The translations under genes and the position numbers were made by a program. From Camelus ferus (Eukaryota), in the NCBI RefSeq assembly GCF_009834535.1, contig NC_045696.1, positions 1,924,001 through 1,988,000 on the forward strand: a DNA stretch of 64,000 bases, in the 5' to 3' direction. The first letter of the stretch is position 1, and each line of letters opens with the position of its first letter. Shown piece by piece: positions 1-10,128 of the stretch. The notes under the pieces are model-generated. The model was given only the letters and a program-made list of their open reading frames with translations. It was not told the origin of the DNA and ran no database searches.

Positions 1-60
1 TGGGCTGCTGCATAGAGAACGTGCTGCTGCACCAGAACCTGACCGTCAGCAGCTGGACAG
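1..60 (+). CDS. ICOSLG: ICOS ligand, 3' end of IgC-domain exon (partial; exon starts upstream of window)
   Basis: Frame from nt 3 reads GCCIENVLLHQNLTVSSWT, matching recalled human ICOSLG GCCIENVLLQQNLTVGSQT. Includes an NLT sequon. Phase-1 donor AG|gtaggg at 61. Confidence 0.93.
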
Positions 61-259
61 GTAGGGTCCCCCGGGTCTGCACGCTGACCCCTGCCCGAGG
101 CTGTGGGCTGGGAATGGCTTGGGGGGCTCTCCCCAGGCAGAAGACAAAAGCCCTCGCAGGCTGGCTCGGTGGCAGCAAGAGAAAGGGGGCTTGAAATGGG
201 GAGGAGGTGGGAGGCAGGCGTTACCGCGGCGACTGAGGGCAGGAAACTGTTGGGCACTC

Positions 260-362
260 AGGGCACTTAATCCTCACTCTCGGGGCTCAGTTTTGGTGAC
301 CCATCTCACAGGTGAGGGACTGAGGCTCTGAAAGGTCATGTATCATTTCAGAAGTCACAGAA
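260..362 (-). mobile_element. MIR SINE core fragment
   Basis: cccatctcacaggtgagggactgaggctc...gtcacag resembles the MIR core cccattttacagatgaggaaactgaggc. Confidence 0.6.
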
Positions 363-1299
363 CGAGGCAGGAACAGCATCAGGGTGGAAGCCACCCCCTG
401 CACAGCCCCCCGCTCCAAAGAACCTGGGACCCCCCACCCCCGTGTTGGGGTCCGGCTGGGCCTGACTGCTGGCCCAGGCCTCCCCATGGAAGGGTGCAGG
501 CGGGTGACTCCCTCGGAGAAGCCACAGGCTCTCAGTGTGTCCCTGTCACCAGTGTTGAGTTGATGGGGGCGGGGTTCCAGGAAGAGCAGAAGAGCTGCAG
601 GATGGGGCCCATGGGCCTGCCTCCTGCAGGAGGAAGACAGGGAGCTATCAGGACCTGCCACAAACCTGCAGGGCCCAGTGCAGCATGGAAAGACACACAG
701 AAATCCTTGTCCAGAAACTGTCAGAATTCACGGTGGTGATGGCATCGCATCTCACCAAGTGCAGCCCCGCAGCCTACCCACGGCACATGCCAGGACGCAC
801 CCCAGCTGCCGGCAACTCCTGCAGCCAGGCACTCTCTTTCCTGGAATGTGGGTGCAGCCCTGTGGCTCAGCAGTCACGGTCTTTGGGCTGCACCAAAGCC
901 CGCCTCTGACCTCTGCCTCCCAGCGGAGCAGCCAGGCGGCAAGGGAAGGGGACCGGGAGGCTCTTCTGGGGCTGTGGTCTTGGCCCCGCTGCTCTGTGGG
1001 ATAACTGGGAAGCCTGTCAACCCACCCCTGGGCCCAGAGCCTCTGAATCGGCACCTCTGGGCTGTCTGGGCATCAGGACACGTGGAGAAGCTTCTAGATG
1101 GTTCTAAAGTGCCTGGAAGGCCTAGCCACTGTCTGGCTCGTGGCTTCTCCAGGTTTGGAGAAACACGGGGCATTTGAAACAAGCTGCCTGAGGAAGCTGT
1201 TGCTTGTCTGCCCGTGAGAACCACGCTCCAAGGGGCCAAGTACTCGGACATTAGGACAGGAGGACTGGCTCCCTCGTGCGCTGCCAGAGAGACGTGAGA

Positions 1300-1887
1300 C
1301 AGCACAGCGCTGTGGGAAACTGCTGATTCCTTAGAAAGCTAAGCAGAGGTAGCACGTGGCCCAGCAATCTCACTCCTAAGTGTGAACCCAAGAGCACTGG
1401 AAACGAGACTCAGACAAATGCTTGTACATGAATGCTCACTGAAGCTTGTTCTCAGTAACCAAAAGGTGGGAACAACGCGAGTGTCCAGGGATGGATGAAG
1501 GGATGGACACAGCGTGTCCACCCACACAGTGGAGTCTAAGCCACGAAAAGGTGTGAGGCACAGGCCACATAGCAGGGTGGACAAACCATGAAAACGTGAT
1601 ACTCAGTGAGAGAAGCCAGACACAAAAGGCCACACGGTGTGTGATTCCATTTCTGTGAAATGTCCAAAACAGGGAAATCCAAACAGGCAGAAAGTAGCTT
1701 GGAGTCCCCGGGGGAGGGGGAGGGGCTGCTGGCGGGCAGGGGCTTTCCCTTTGGGGCGGTGAAAAAGTTCCAGAGTTAGATAATGGTATGGCCACGCGAC
1801 CTCATGAGTGTACTAAATGCCACCCAACTGTTCACTTTTAAATGGTTAATTTTATGTTCTGTGAATTTCACTGTGATTTTTTTAAAG
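1300..1887 (+). mobile_element. Old LINE-1 (L1MB-like) 3' UTR fragment in an ICOSLG intron
   Basis: Typical L1M 3' motifs: cccagcaatctcactccta, gagaagccagacacaaaaggccac, tgttcacttttaaatggttaattttatg. Confidence 0.85.
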
Positions 1888-2222
1888 CCAGCGATTAAGC
1901 GAGAAAAAAATTAATTAATTTGATTACATTTAGGAAGCCAGGAAGGCTCCGCTTCCTGCCATGCCCCTCCCCAGGTGTGGGGCTTTAGGTGGTCTCCAAA
2001 TACAGGTCACACAGGTAGGGGAGGAGGGTGACACCCCAGGGAGAGACGAGGGCCCGTCGGAGAGAGAAAGCCCTTCTCTCCATCAGCCTCGTAGCTTAAG
2101 AGTCACAGAACGCCAGCAGGAAGCCCGCTAGGTCAGCACTCCCCTTAGCGCTGGCTTCTTCAGGTGGAGACACCCCCTTTTCCTGGTGGCCCTAAGTCGG
2201 GGGTTACTCTCCTTTCTTGTAG

Positions 2223-2387
2223 GAATGTTCACCGGAACCAAGGACAGCTTCACGGAGAACCCAGCCGATGGCACCCGCGAGTGGGGAGGCGGGGCGGTTC
2301 CCAGCATCCTGGCCGTGCTGGCCGTGGTCGTGGCTGTGGCCACTGGCTGGCTGTGCAGGAGCAGGTGCCCCAGCCGGAGCTACGCAG
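2223..2387 (+). CDS. ICOSLG: ICOS ligand stalk and transmembrane exon
   Basis: Acceptor ctcctttcttgtag. 165 nt, phase 1 to 1. Encodes (G)MFTGTKDSFTENPADGTREWGGGAVPSILAVLAVVVAVATGWLCRSRCPSRSYA; human has ITENP...SILAVLCLLVVVAVAIGWVCRDRCLQHSYA. Donor gtatcc at 2388. Confidence 0.93.
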
Positions 2388-3305
2388 GTATCCGAGGGGC
2401 CTGCGCTGTAGGCGGCGAGCATTTATTTCGTCGGGGTAGGGGCGGCCCTTTTCCAGGACCTGCTCAAGCTCTGCAAGGCGTTCTTTCACGGGAGGCATGG
2501 TTTCCCTGTGGTACCGCGCGTGCGCGCGGCCACACCGACGCTTCTGGGTGTGCGTCCCCAGTCCCCACGACCCTGGCTCGGCGGGCAGGCGCCCAGGTTT
2601 GGGGAGGGTACGCGGCCCCTGAGTACAGAGATCAGGACCCAGGGCATCTGTGGACACTGAGCCGCTGGGATCCCTTCAAGGCGGTCTGTTGGATTCTGGC
2701 CAAACACAAAGACGGATCCAGAAAGTATGGGTACTGACCATGCTAAACAAGGAAGCAGAGCTCATGGTGGGGAGCAGAAAAATCCAGAACGTGGACCCTG
2801 GGACCACCCAGATGTCAACAAGAGGGCCTGCCGTGCTGGCCCGGGCCCGGCCCGGGCCTGTTGGGGGAATGGCGGGGCCCAGCGCAGTCTCCCCAGGCCA
2901 GCCTGGCGGTGGAGGTCAGCAGGCGTCCCCAGAGGTCCTGTCACTGAAGCTGGTCGCCTCCTGGACCCCCGGCAGTGGAGGACGGGGAGCTCAGCTGGAC
3001 TAAGGAGTCATAGCACAGCGGGATGGGGCTTCTCCGTGCTGCCCTGCAGTTTCGGCTTGGCTGCTAATTCCATCATCCCAGCAACACTTCCCACCGCCCA
3101 CAGCCCCATTGCCAACGCTGCCAGGCCGCTGAAGGTGCCCTGAGCATCTTGAAGTGCTTCTCACGCTTGCCTCTTGCCGTCCTGCCTGAGCAGGGAGCCG
3201 CTGGAGACGGCGGGGTGGGGAGGGCTGCTGGGCAGAGGCCCCTGCGGTCTTCAGTGCATTCCTTCTTCACTGCCCACCCTGAGCGTTTCTGGTTTGTTCC
3301 AACAG

Positions 3306-3341
3306 GTGCCCAGGCTTCGAGGCCAGAGGTGGAAGTCACCG
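3306..3341 (+). CDS. ICOSLG: ICOS ligand 36-nt cytoplasmic-tail exon
   Basis: Acceptor tttgttccaacag and donor gtgagt. Encodes (G)AQASRPEVEVT; human GAWAVSPETELT. Confidence 0.9.
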
Positions 3342-4224
3342 GTGAGTTTGCCAAGAGGGAAGGAGGCCTGTGGAGGAGGTGCGGGGGGCCGGGGGGTCTG
3401 GGGGCCCGGGCAGGCTGGGCTGGCGGCTCTCCCCGTGTCCGCCTTTCAGCACGAGTGACACTCGATGGGCAGGAAGTAGGTACTTCCAGGTCCAGAGACA
3501 CAGTGGAACCCAGGGGGAGGCGTGGCCCACTGGCCCTCCTGGCGTGTGGTCCTGTCTCTGGTGTACTTGCTGATGTGTGCCACGGGATTTTCCTGGACCA
3601 CAACCCCAGGCGCCCCCCACCTTCTCCGTCCTCCCACCATCGTGTCCCCACCCCGGCCCACTGTGGGTTCTCCTGCGAGTCCACACCCTTTGTGCAGGCG
3701 AGCACCTCACAGTCCCGGAGCAAAGACCAGTGAGACGCCCGCCCCAATTTGGGAAAATATTCACACACAGGGTCTTCAGTTTGGGCTTCCCACCAGCACA
3801 TGCCGTGGGCTGTGAGGGTCTCCGTAGTCCGACTGGCGGGCTCCACACCTTAGACAAGTGGCCGCACCTCCCAGAGCCCTGCTTCCCCACCTGTGAGAAG
3901 GGCCGTCAGGGGAGGGTGGGCCCAGGGCGCACACAGCCCAGCCAGTGGCACCTGCACACCTGTTCACCCAGGTGAGTCCGAGTCACATGGCCGCCTGGTG
4001 CCGCAGCAGATTCACTTGTCCCTGCAGCCAGTTTCAGACAACCCCGGAACACAGCTTACCAAAAAATTAGGGCCTGCCTGACCTTAGAGTCACAGGAAGC
4101 GCTTTGTGTGCAGGCGTCTCCAGTCCCTCTGTTTTCACCAACCTGAGTCCTGAGATCAGCCTCTGCCTCCAAAGTGAAAGTGAGCTGACTTGCCACCCAC
4201 GCCCTCTCCCTCTTTCCTCCCAAG

Positions 4225-4235
4225 AGCACGTGTGA
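4225..4235 (+). CDS. ICOSLG: ICOS ligand terminal coding segment (E-H-V-stop)
   Basis: Pyrimidine tract ctctccctctttcctcccaag, then (G)AG CAC GTG TGA = EHV*; human GHV*. Branch-like ctgac at ~4185. Confidence 0.88.
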
Positions 4236-5744
4236 CAAGAGTGGAGCCCCAGGCCTGGACAGGGCCCCGGGAGAGGCCCAGCAGGGACGTCGGACGGCAG
4301 CTTGGGAAGTGACTCTGGCCGGCTGGGCAGAGGGGACTGTCTGCGCCGTTAGCACTGGGATGCACGGACGTGGAGCCCCCCGGCTTTGGGGGGACAGGCA
4401 GGGCTTTCCCTGGAAGGACCACACGGACCCCAGGAGCACGTGTTGCGCGCTTCCCTGATCCCAGCGGGCGGCCTTTTCCCAAGGCCAGCAGCTCTGGGTA
4501 CGCGGACCCCCGAGTAAGTGGGCTCCCTCCTTCACTGCCAAACCGAATGAGAAGGGCTGTGACGGCTCCTTCCCACCCTCGGCCCCCCAGAGCCCGCAGC
4601 TCTTCTCAACACCCTGGACTCGCGCTGTGGGACCAGTGTCCGAGGCCGGAGGAAGGGCATCTGGTTCAGAAAGAGGCAAGAGGACGCCTGCCCTCATCTG
4701 GGGTGACCTCGGCTGGGCTGGTCAGTCCTGCTGCAGTGGCCTGCGCGCTGGCTCCGCTGTTCAGGCTCGTGCCCCACCTCCGCCTTGAAGGCACAGGGCC
4801 CTGGAGTCTGTCACGTGGGACCTAAAGCAGGAAGTGGTGGACACTGAAGACTGCCCGGAATCCATGTTCTTCTAGGGCATTTGCACCGGGAAGAAAACCC
4901 GACCTCTTTTGTTTTGGTCAAAAGCTAGGTTTTCCTCCTCAAAAGCACAACGAAATTTTTCAATGTCTGTGCTGGGCTGTGCAGCCATCTGTGCTGGGGA
5001 CGTCCCGGGGGGACGCACCTGGAGAGGCAGGAGCCCAGCCTGGGCGGGGCTGAGGCTCGTGTTTCCAGCGGACACTGGCCTGGACAGGTGGTCATCGTGG
5101 TCCTTCAGAATGGGGCTGTTCTCCTGGCACTTGGCAGCCTTCCAAATGCAGCAGAAACTCCCTCGAAGTGTGCTGGGCGGCCTCTGCCCCCGGCCCTGTG
5201 GCCCACAGCCCCTTGCTGATCTCCCATGAGGACCTGCACAGTCTCAAGGCAAAACCTCGTCTCAAACCTTGGGCTCCTGGGAGCCCACCAGGTCCCCCCA
5301 GTGACTGGAGTGGAGCAGTGGCTACGGGGGCGTGCAGCCGGGGCCTGGACCCCACCCAGACGGTTTCCATGTTGGTTCCTGGATTGAATCTAGCAGTTTG
5401 TTGTTTTTGGAAGGCTCCACAAAGGAGGCGCACCCCCCAGGAAAACAAGCCTGTTTTGCCCCTGGTCGCTCAGCACCGAAGGGCAGGGTGTGGGAGGCCT
5501 GCACTTCCCAGACTCGCGGCAAACTTGGCGAGGCCGGCTCAGTGTAGAGCCTGAGCCAAGATGTGTTTCTGGGAACCCTTCATGAGTTTCTGCACCACAA
5601 GGCCCTCACACGGCTTTTCCACAAATGTGATGAGGACTCTACTCAGACTTTTAACATGAAAGCATTACAAGACATGCATTGTTTTCAAAAGAGTCCCAGA
5701 AAGCTGACTCACTGGCCTCTAGAGCAAGAAGCCCAGGGGCCCTC

Positions 5745-5974
5745 GTGGGGCGCGGGCAGGTGGGCGCGGGCAGGTGGGGCGCGGGCAGGTGGGCGCGGGC
5801 AGGTGGGCGCGGGCAGGTGGGGCGCGGGCAGGTGGGCGCGGGCAGGTGGGGCGCGGGCAGGTGGGCGCGGGCAGGTGGGGTGCGGGCAGGTGGGGTGCGG
5901 GCAGGTGGGCGCGGGCAGGTGGGGTGCGGGCAGGTGGGCGCGGGCAGGTGGGCGCGGGCAGGTGGGGTGCGGGC
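5745..5974 (+). repeat. G-rich minisatellite, 15-16 bp unit GTGGG(G)YGCGGGCAG, about 15 copies
   Basis: Directly visible tandem array. Confidence 0.95.
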
Positions 5975-8900
5975 CCCTCTGTCCACTGTGATGTGACGCC
6001 AGGTGCACCGAGGGGCCCGTTCCACCATCCTGCCCAGGCCTGGCCTGCGGCCTCAGCAGACCCTCAGGGCCCCTGCAGATACTGGGGCTGGGTTCTCTGT
6101 CCAGCAGGATGGGGCAGCTGCAGGGAGACTTTCCGCTTTCCTATCAGGAGCGGTTTCCAAGTTGGGGAAGCAGCGGGGCCGGTGCTCCTGCTTCTGCCCC
6201 ATTACGCCCGGGCCCGGGAGGCCGCCCAGGGGCTCTCCCACCCCGCGTTTGTGGTTTCTGCCTGGACTGGGGCTCCCAGCCAAGGCCACGCCCTCCAGGT
6301 CCCGTGCCCCGAGTTATCGTGTCCCCACTGGCTCCCAGCAGACCCTTGCTTCTCCCTCTGGGCCTCGGGGGCTGACACTGCTCTCTGCCTACCCGGCTCC
6401 CTCGGGTCACCCTCGCCCTCTCAGCCTGGGGACGGCTGCCTGCTTCCCATGCTGTGTTGCAGACAGCATGTGAATGCCATGTTTTGATGTTTCCGGAAGC
6501 CTGATTTCTGAGAATCCAAGTTACCAGCCTGCCTTTGTCCAGTCACCTTGGTCAGCACGCAGGCAAGCTGGTCCACTCAGCTTGCAGTCAGCGACCCAGC
6601 CCTGCCCCATCGGTTCTCCCCCAGGGTGGCCCTGTCCCCCAGGGGGTGCTGGGCAAGGTATGAAGACATTTGGTGGTCAGTCTTGGGGGTTGCTGTGTCT
6701 TCTAGTGGGTGGGAGGCAAGATTCTGCTCAACGTCCCCCAGCACCCAGGACAGCCACCGCAGACGGGCATCCTGCCCAAAGGTCAGTGGTCCCAGGGATC
6801 CCTGCAGCCACCTTCCTGAGGGAGGGCAGGGTCAGCAGAGCCACTGTCCCCGTCCCCATCTGCACTGGGCACAGGGGAGGAGACAGAGTTCTGGGCCAGC
6901 CCCAGGGAATGGCGTAGGTCAGGGGATGGCTGGGTACAAGAATCCGGGGTGCTGGCACTGCTCTGGGGTGGGGCCCCTGGCCACTCTGGCCGCTGGAGTC
7001 CTGGTCTCTGGGTGCTGTGGCTCCTGCCCCTGCTGCACGTCCTGAGCACAGTAGGTGTGCACTCAACACCCGTCAGAGAGGGAGAGCCCAGGCTGGCAGG
7101 TGGGAGGTTCGTCACCAGGGCAGGGGACAGAAGGAAGCAGCAGCCGTGTGCTTGGAGCGCCTCAGTTCTCCCTCCTGCAAGGTGAGGCGGCTGGAACCAG
7201 GTGCCTCCTCCGACCCCCACAGCTCACACACACCCCGTGACCACAGGCACCACAGCCATCCTGGGGAGGGAGGCTGTGGCTTTAGAGAACCCCCGCCTGC
7301 CCCAGCCCCAGTGCCGTGCTGCTGGGCACTGGCCAGGGCAGAGGGCCCAGGGGCTCCAGGCGGTGCTGGAGGCGCGGCAGGCACATCCCACCCGAACCTC
7401 CCTGCGAGCCCGGCTTTTCAGAAGGAGGACGTTTTCAGGGAGAAGGCAGCTTACCTGTCTGGGCTGGCTCTGCCCTTGGGGACTGACTCCCCCTCCCCCA
7501 CAGCCCAGGGAAGCAGCGGCGTCCTCCTGGCCCACAGCAGTCCCACCGCCCTGACGTCAATCCCGCCAGCACCCTCCCCCTGCCCGCCCCACGGGGCCGC
7601 AGTCTGACCACAGCCTGCTGCGTCCTGAGTGGCTCCTGGGTCCCCTGAGGAGAGAGGCTCCTCTGTCGCTAGTGAACGCTTCCCCCTTTCCTTGAATCTG
7701 GGTTGATGCTGCCACGACCAGGGAGGGGCGGCCAGCTGGGGCTTCTGTGATGGCGCGGGGGTGGAGCAGCTCCATGGTGGCAGGATGGGACCTTGTCCCG
7801 GGGCCACGGGGCTTAGTGTCCGGAGTCCCGGGTGTCTCCACCACCAGAGGGTGGCCCGCCGGGGGTGGGGGCCTTGAGCCCCTGCAAGACCAATATGAAC
7901 AAGCTCCAACACCCAGGAGCTGTGCAGTCAGCCGCCCGAGTCAGGACCAGAACTGGGGCCACACCAGGATCAGCTCCTGAAGACCTTGATCTGGGTCTTG
8001 TGGGAGGGGGAGGTGACCAAGGAGTATCCAGGCCAAGAACTGAGTGGGATCCTTCACCCTCCCCCACCACCTCCCTCCCCCATCTCCTTCCTGCCCCCAC
8101 TGTCCTCCCTCCCCCACCTCCTTCCCTCCCCAGCGCCCTCCTTCCTTATCATCCTCCCTGGCCCAACCCCCTGCACCAGCCTTGTGGTCTGAGCACAGGC
8201 CCTGCCCTTCCCCTGGGAGTGATTCATTGCTCCTCTCTCAGTGTTCTCTGGGCCTCCTGTCCCCGAGATTGCAGGTGTCCAAGTCTGCTGTGAGCAGGCC
8301 GCCCAGGAAGGGGGAGGGCACTGTCACTTCAGAGTTGGGGTTTCCCCGGCAGGGACAGGATGGGCTGTGAGGAGGGAGTGGTCCCCCAGAAGGCCCAGGT
8401 CTGTTCTCTGAGAGGCAGCTGGGTGAGTCAGGGCGCTGCTGGTTTAATGGAAGGAAGGTTGCTCAGAGAGCCTGGTTGTACACATGTGGTTCGCAATGTC
8501 CCAGATGCACTGACCCAGGGGCAGGAGAGGTGACACCTGCTCCCAGCAGATCCAGAGCAAGTTCCCCAGTCACCTGAGCCCAGAAAATGACACCAGGGAG
8601 CAAATACCATGATTCAGCTAAAATGCAGCCTGAGAGGTGCTGGGCCCAGGAGATGGAGAAACGGGGAGGGGACAGAGGCAGGTTCCTAGGGGGCAGAGGG
8701 GAGGTCCCGGCTGGGACCCAGGGTGCCAGCCTGCAGCCTGGCTGAGGTGCGGACCCCAGACACGGTCTGGCAGCTGCAGGCTCTCTGCCCCATGTGACGG
8801 CCCCATTCACACCTCCACCAAAGGGAGCACCTGCCAGGAGCTGGGCCCAGTGAGAGAGCCCCCACTCCCACCCCAATTGGGTTGGGGTCCTGCCCCACAG

Positions 8901-10122
8901 GAGCATCCAATGGGGCACCACAGCGGAGACCGCGACTCCCTTGTCTAGGGTGCGGGCCCTGACACCCGCATCGTCCTCTTCGTGGTCCCCGCTCCTAGCA
9001 GCTGGGCCTGGGGTTGGGCTGCCGGCAACACTGGGGCCCACCAGGGCAGCTGAGAGGAGGCAGGCTCTCCCCCCTAGAGCCTGGGGAGGGCGGACCCCAC
9101 CTTGTACTGAGCCTTCCCTGGGACCCACGCTCTCTGCCCGCTGGCTCAGAGCCCTTCAGGTGCCTGGGCGGCGCCGCCCCCCATCCCTGGACACGCGCTC
9201 TGGACGCGGCCCCGCTGGAGGGGCGCTGGGAATGGAGTTCTTGGTCTCGGGAGGCTGCACCCGTGGACCGGGCAGGGGTGGGGAAGTCGAGGGTGGAGGA
9301 CAGGGCCGGGCGGGGAGTCCTTCGAAGGAGAAGCACTGACCAGAGGTGTGACGGGGAAGGTGCCCCACGGGGCCGCCGGGGCCATGCGGGTGCCGGGGCT
9401 TGGGCTCTGGGGAACGAGGTCCAGCAAGTCCTGTCTCAGCCGATCATCCAGGCCCGGGTCCCTGCGCGCCAGCCACCCCTGTGGAGGCCGGCCTCTGCCC
9501 TCGCCCAAACATCACCATCGGGAACCCACCCCAGACCTCCAGACTCCAAAATCAAGAAGCTTCAGGGCCACACTTCAGTTTTTAGTGAGGAAAGTTACTT
9601 AATTAAAAAAAAAAAAGCACTTCTCAAAAAGTGGGGTGGGTATAAATTGCAGTGCCTGCACCCTAAGCGAGTCCTCACTTAACTGGGTCAAGCCCAGCAG
9701 GGCGAGGCGGGGCACGGCGCTGTCCCCGGGAGCAGCCTGCCTGTGCCGACCTGGGAGGTGCAGCAGCTTCTGCGCTAGAGTGACACCCCGGGGCTCGGCC
9801 ACAGCTTCCGAGAGCTGGAGGGCCGCGCCCTGCGGAGACTGTGTCCCGTGAGTGTGACATGCCGGCCGGAGCGCTGCGGTGGCCGTGGCACCGGAAGGCA
9901 TGAGCTCTCCGATGGCCCGGGCCACCTGGGAGCCGGCACCTGGGGTTGTTGGGGACTTTCCACACCTGCCCTCAACCGCTGGACACGCCCGGGCTGTGTG
10001 CACGGAGGCATTTAGCACCTGCCTTGCAGAGAAGCTTTCCGTTTATACCCGCGTCTGCAGTCATAATCTTGGAACCTTCTACTTTTGTTTTGTTAACTGA
10101 TTGGGTTCTCTATTCAGCTTCC

Positions 10123-10128
10123 AATAAA
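10123..10128 (+). terminator. Polyadenylation signal (ICOSLG distal)
   Basis: AATAAA preceded by U-rich acttttgttttgtt. Confidence 0.65.

Noticed and set aside
5563..6487. Gly/Arg/Trp-repeat ORFs
   Set aside because: Translations of the 15-16 bp minisatellite.
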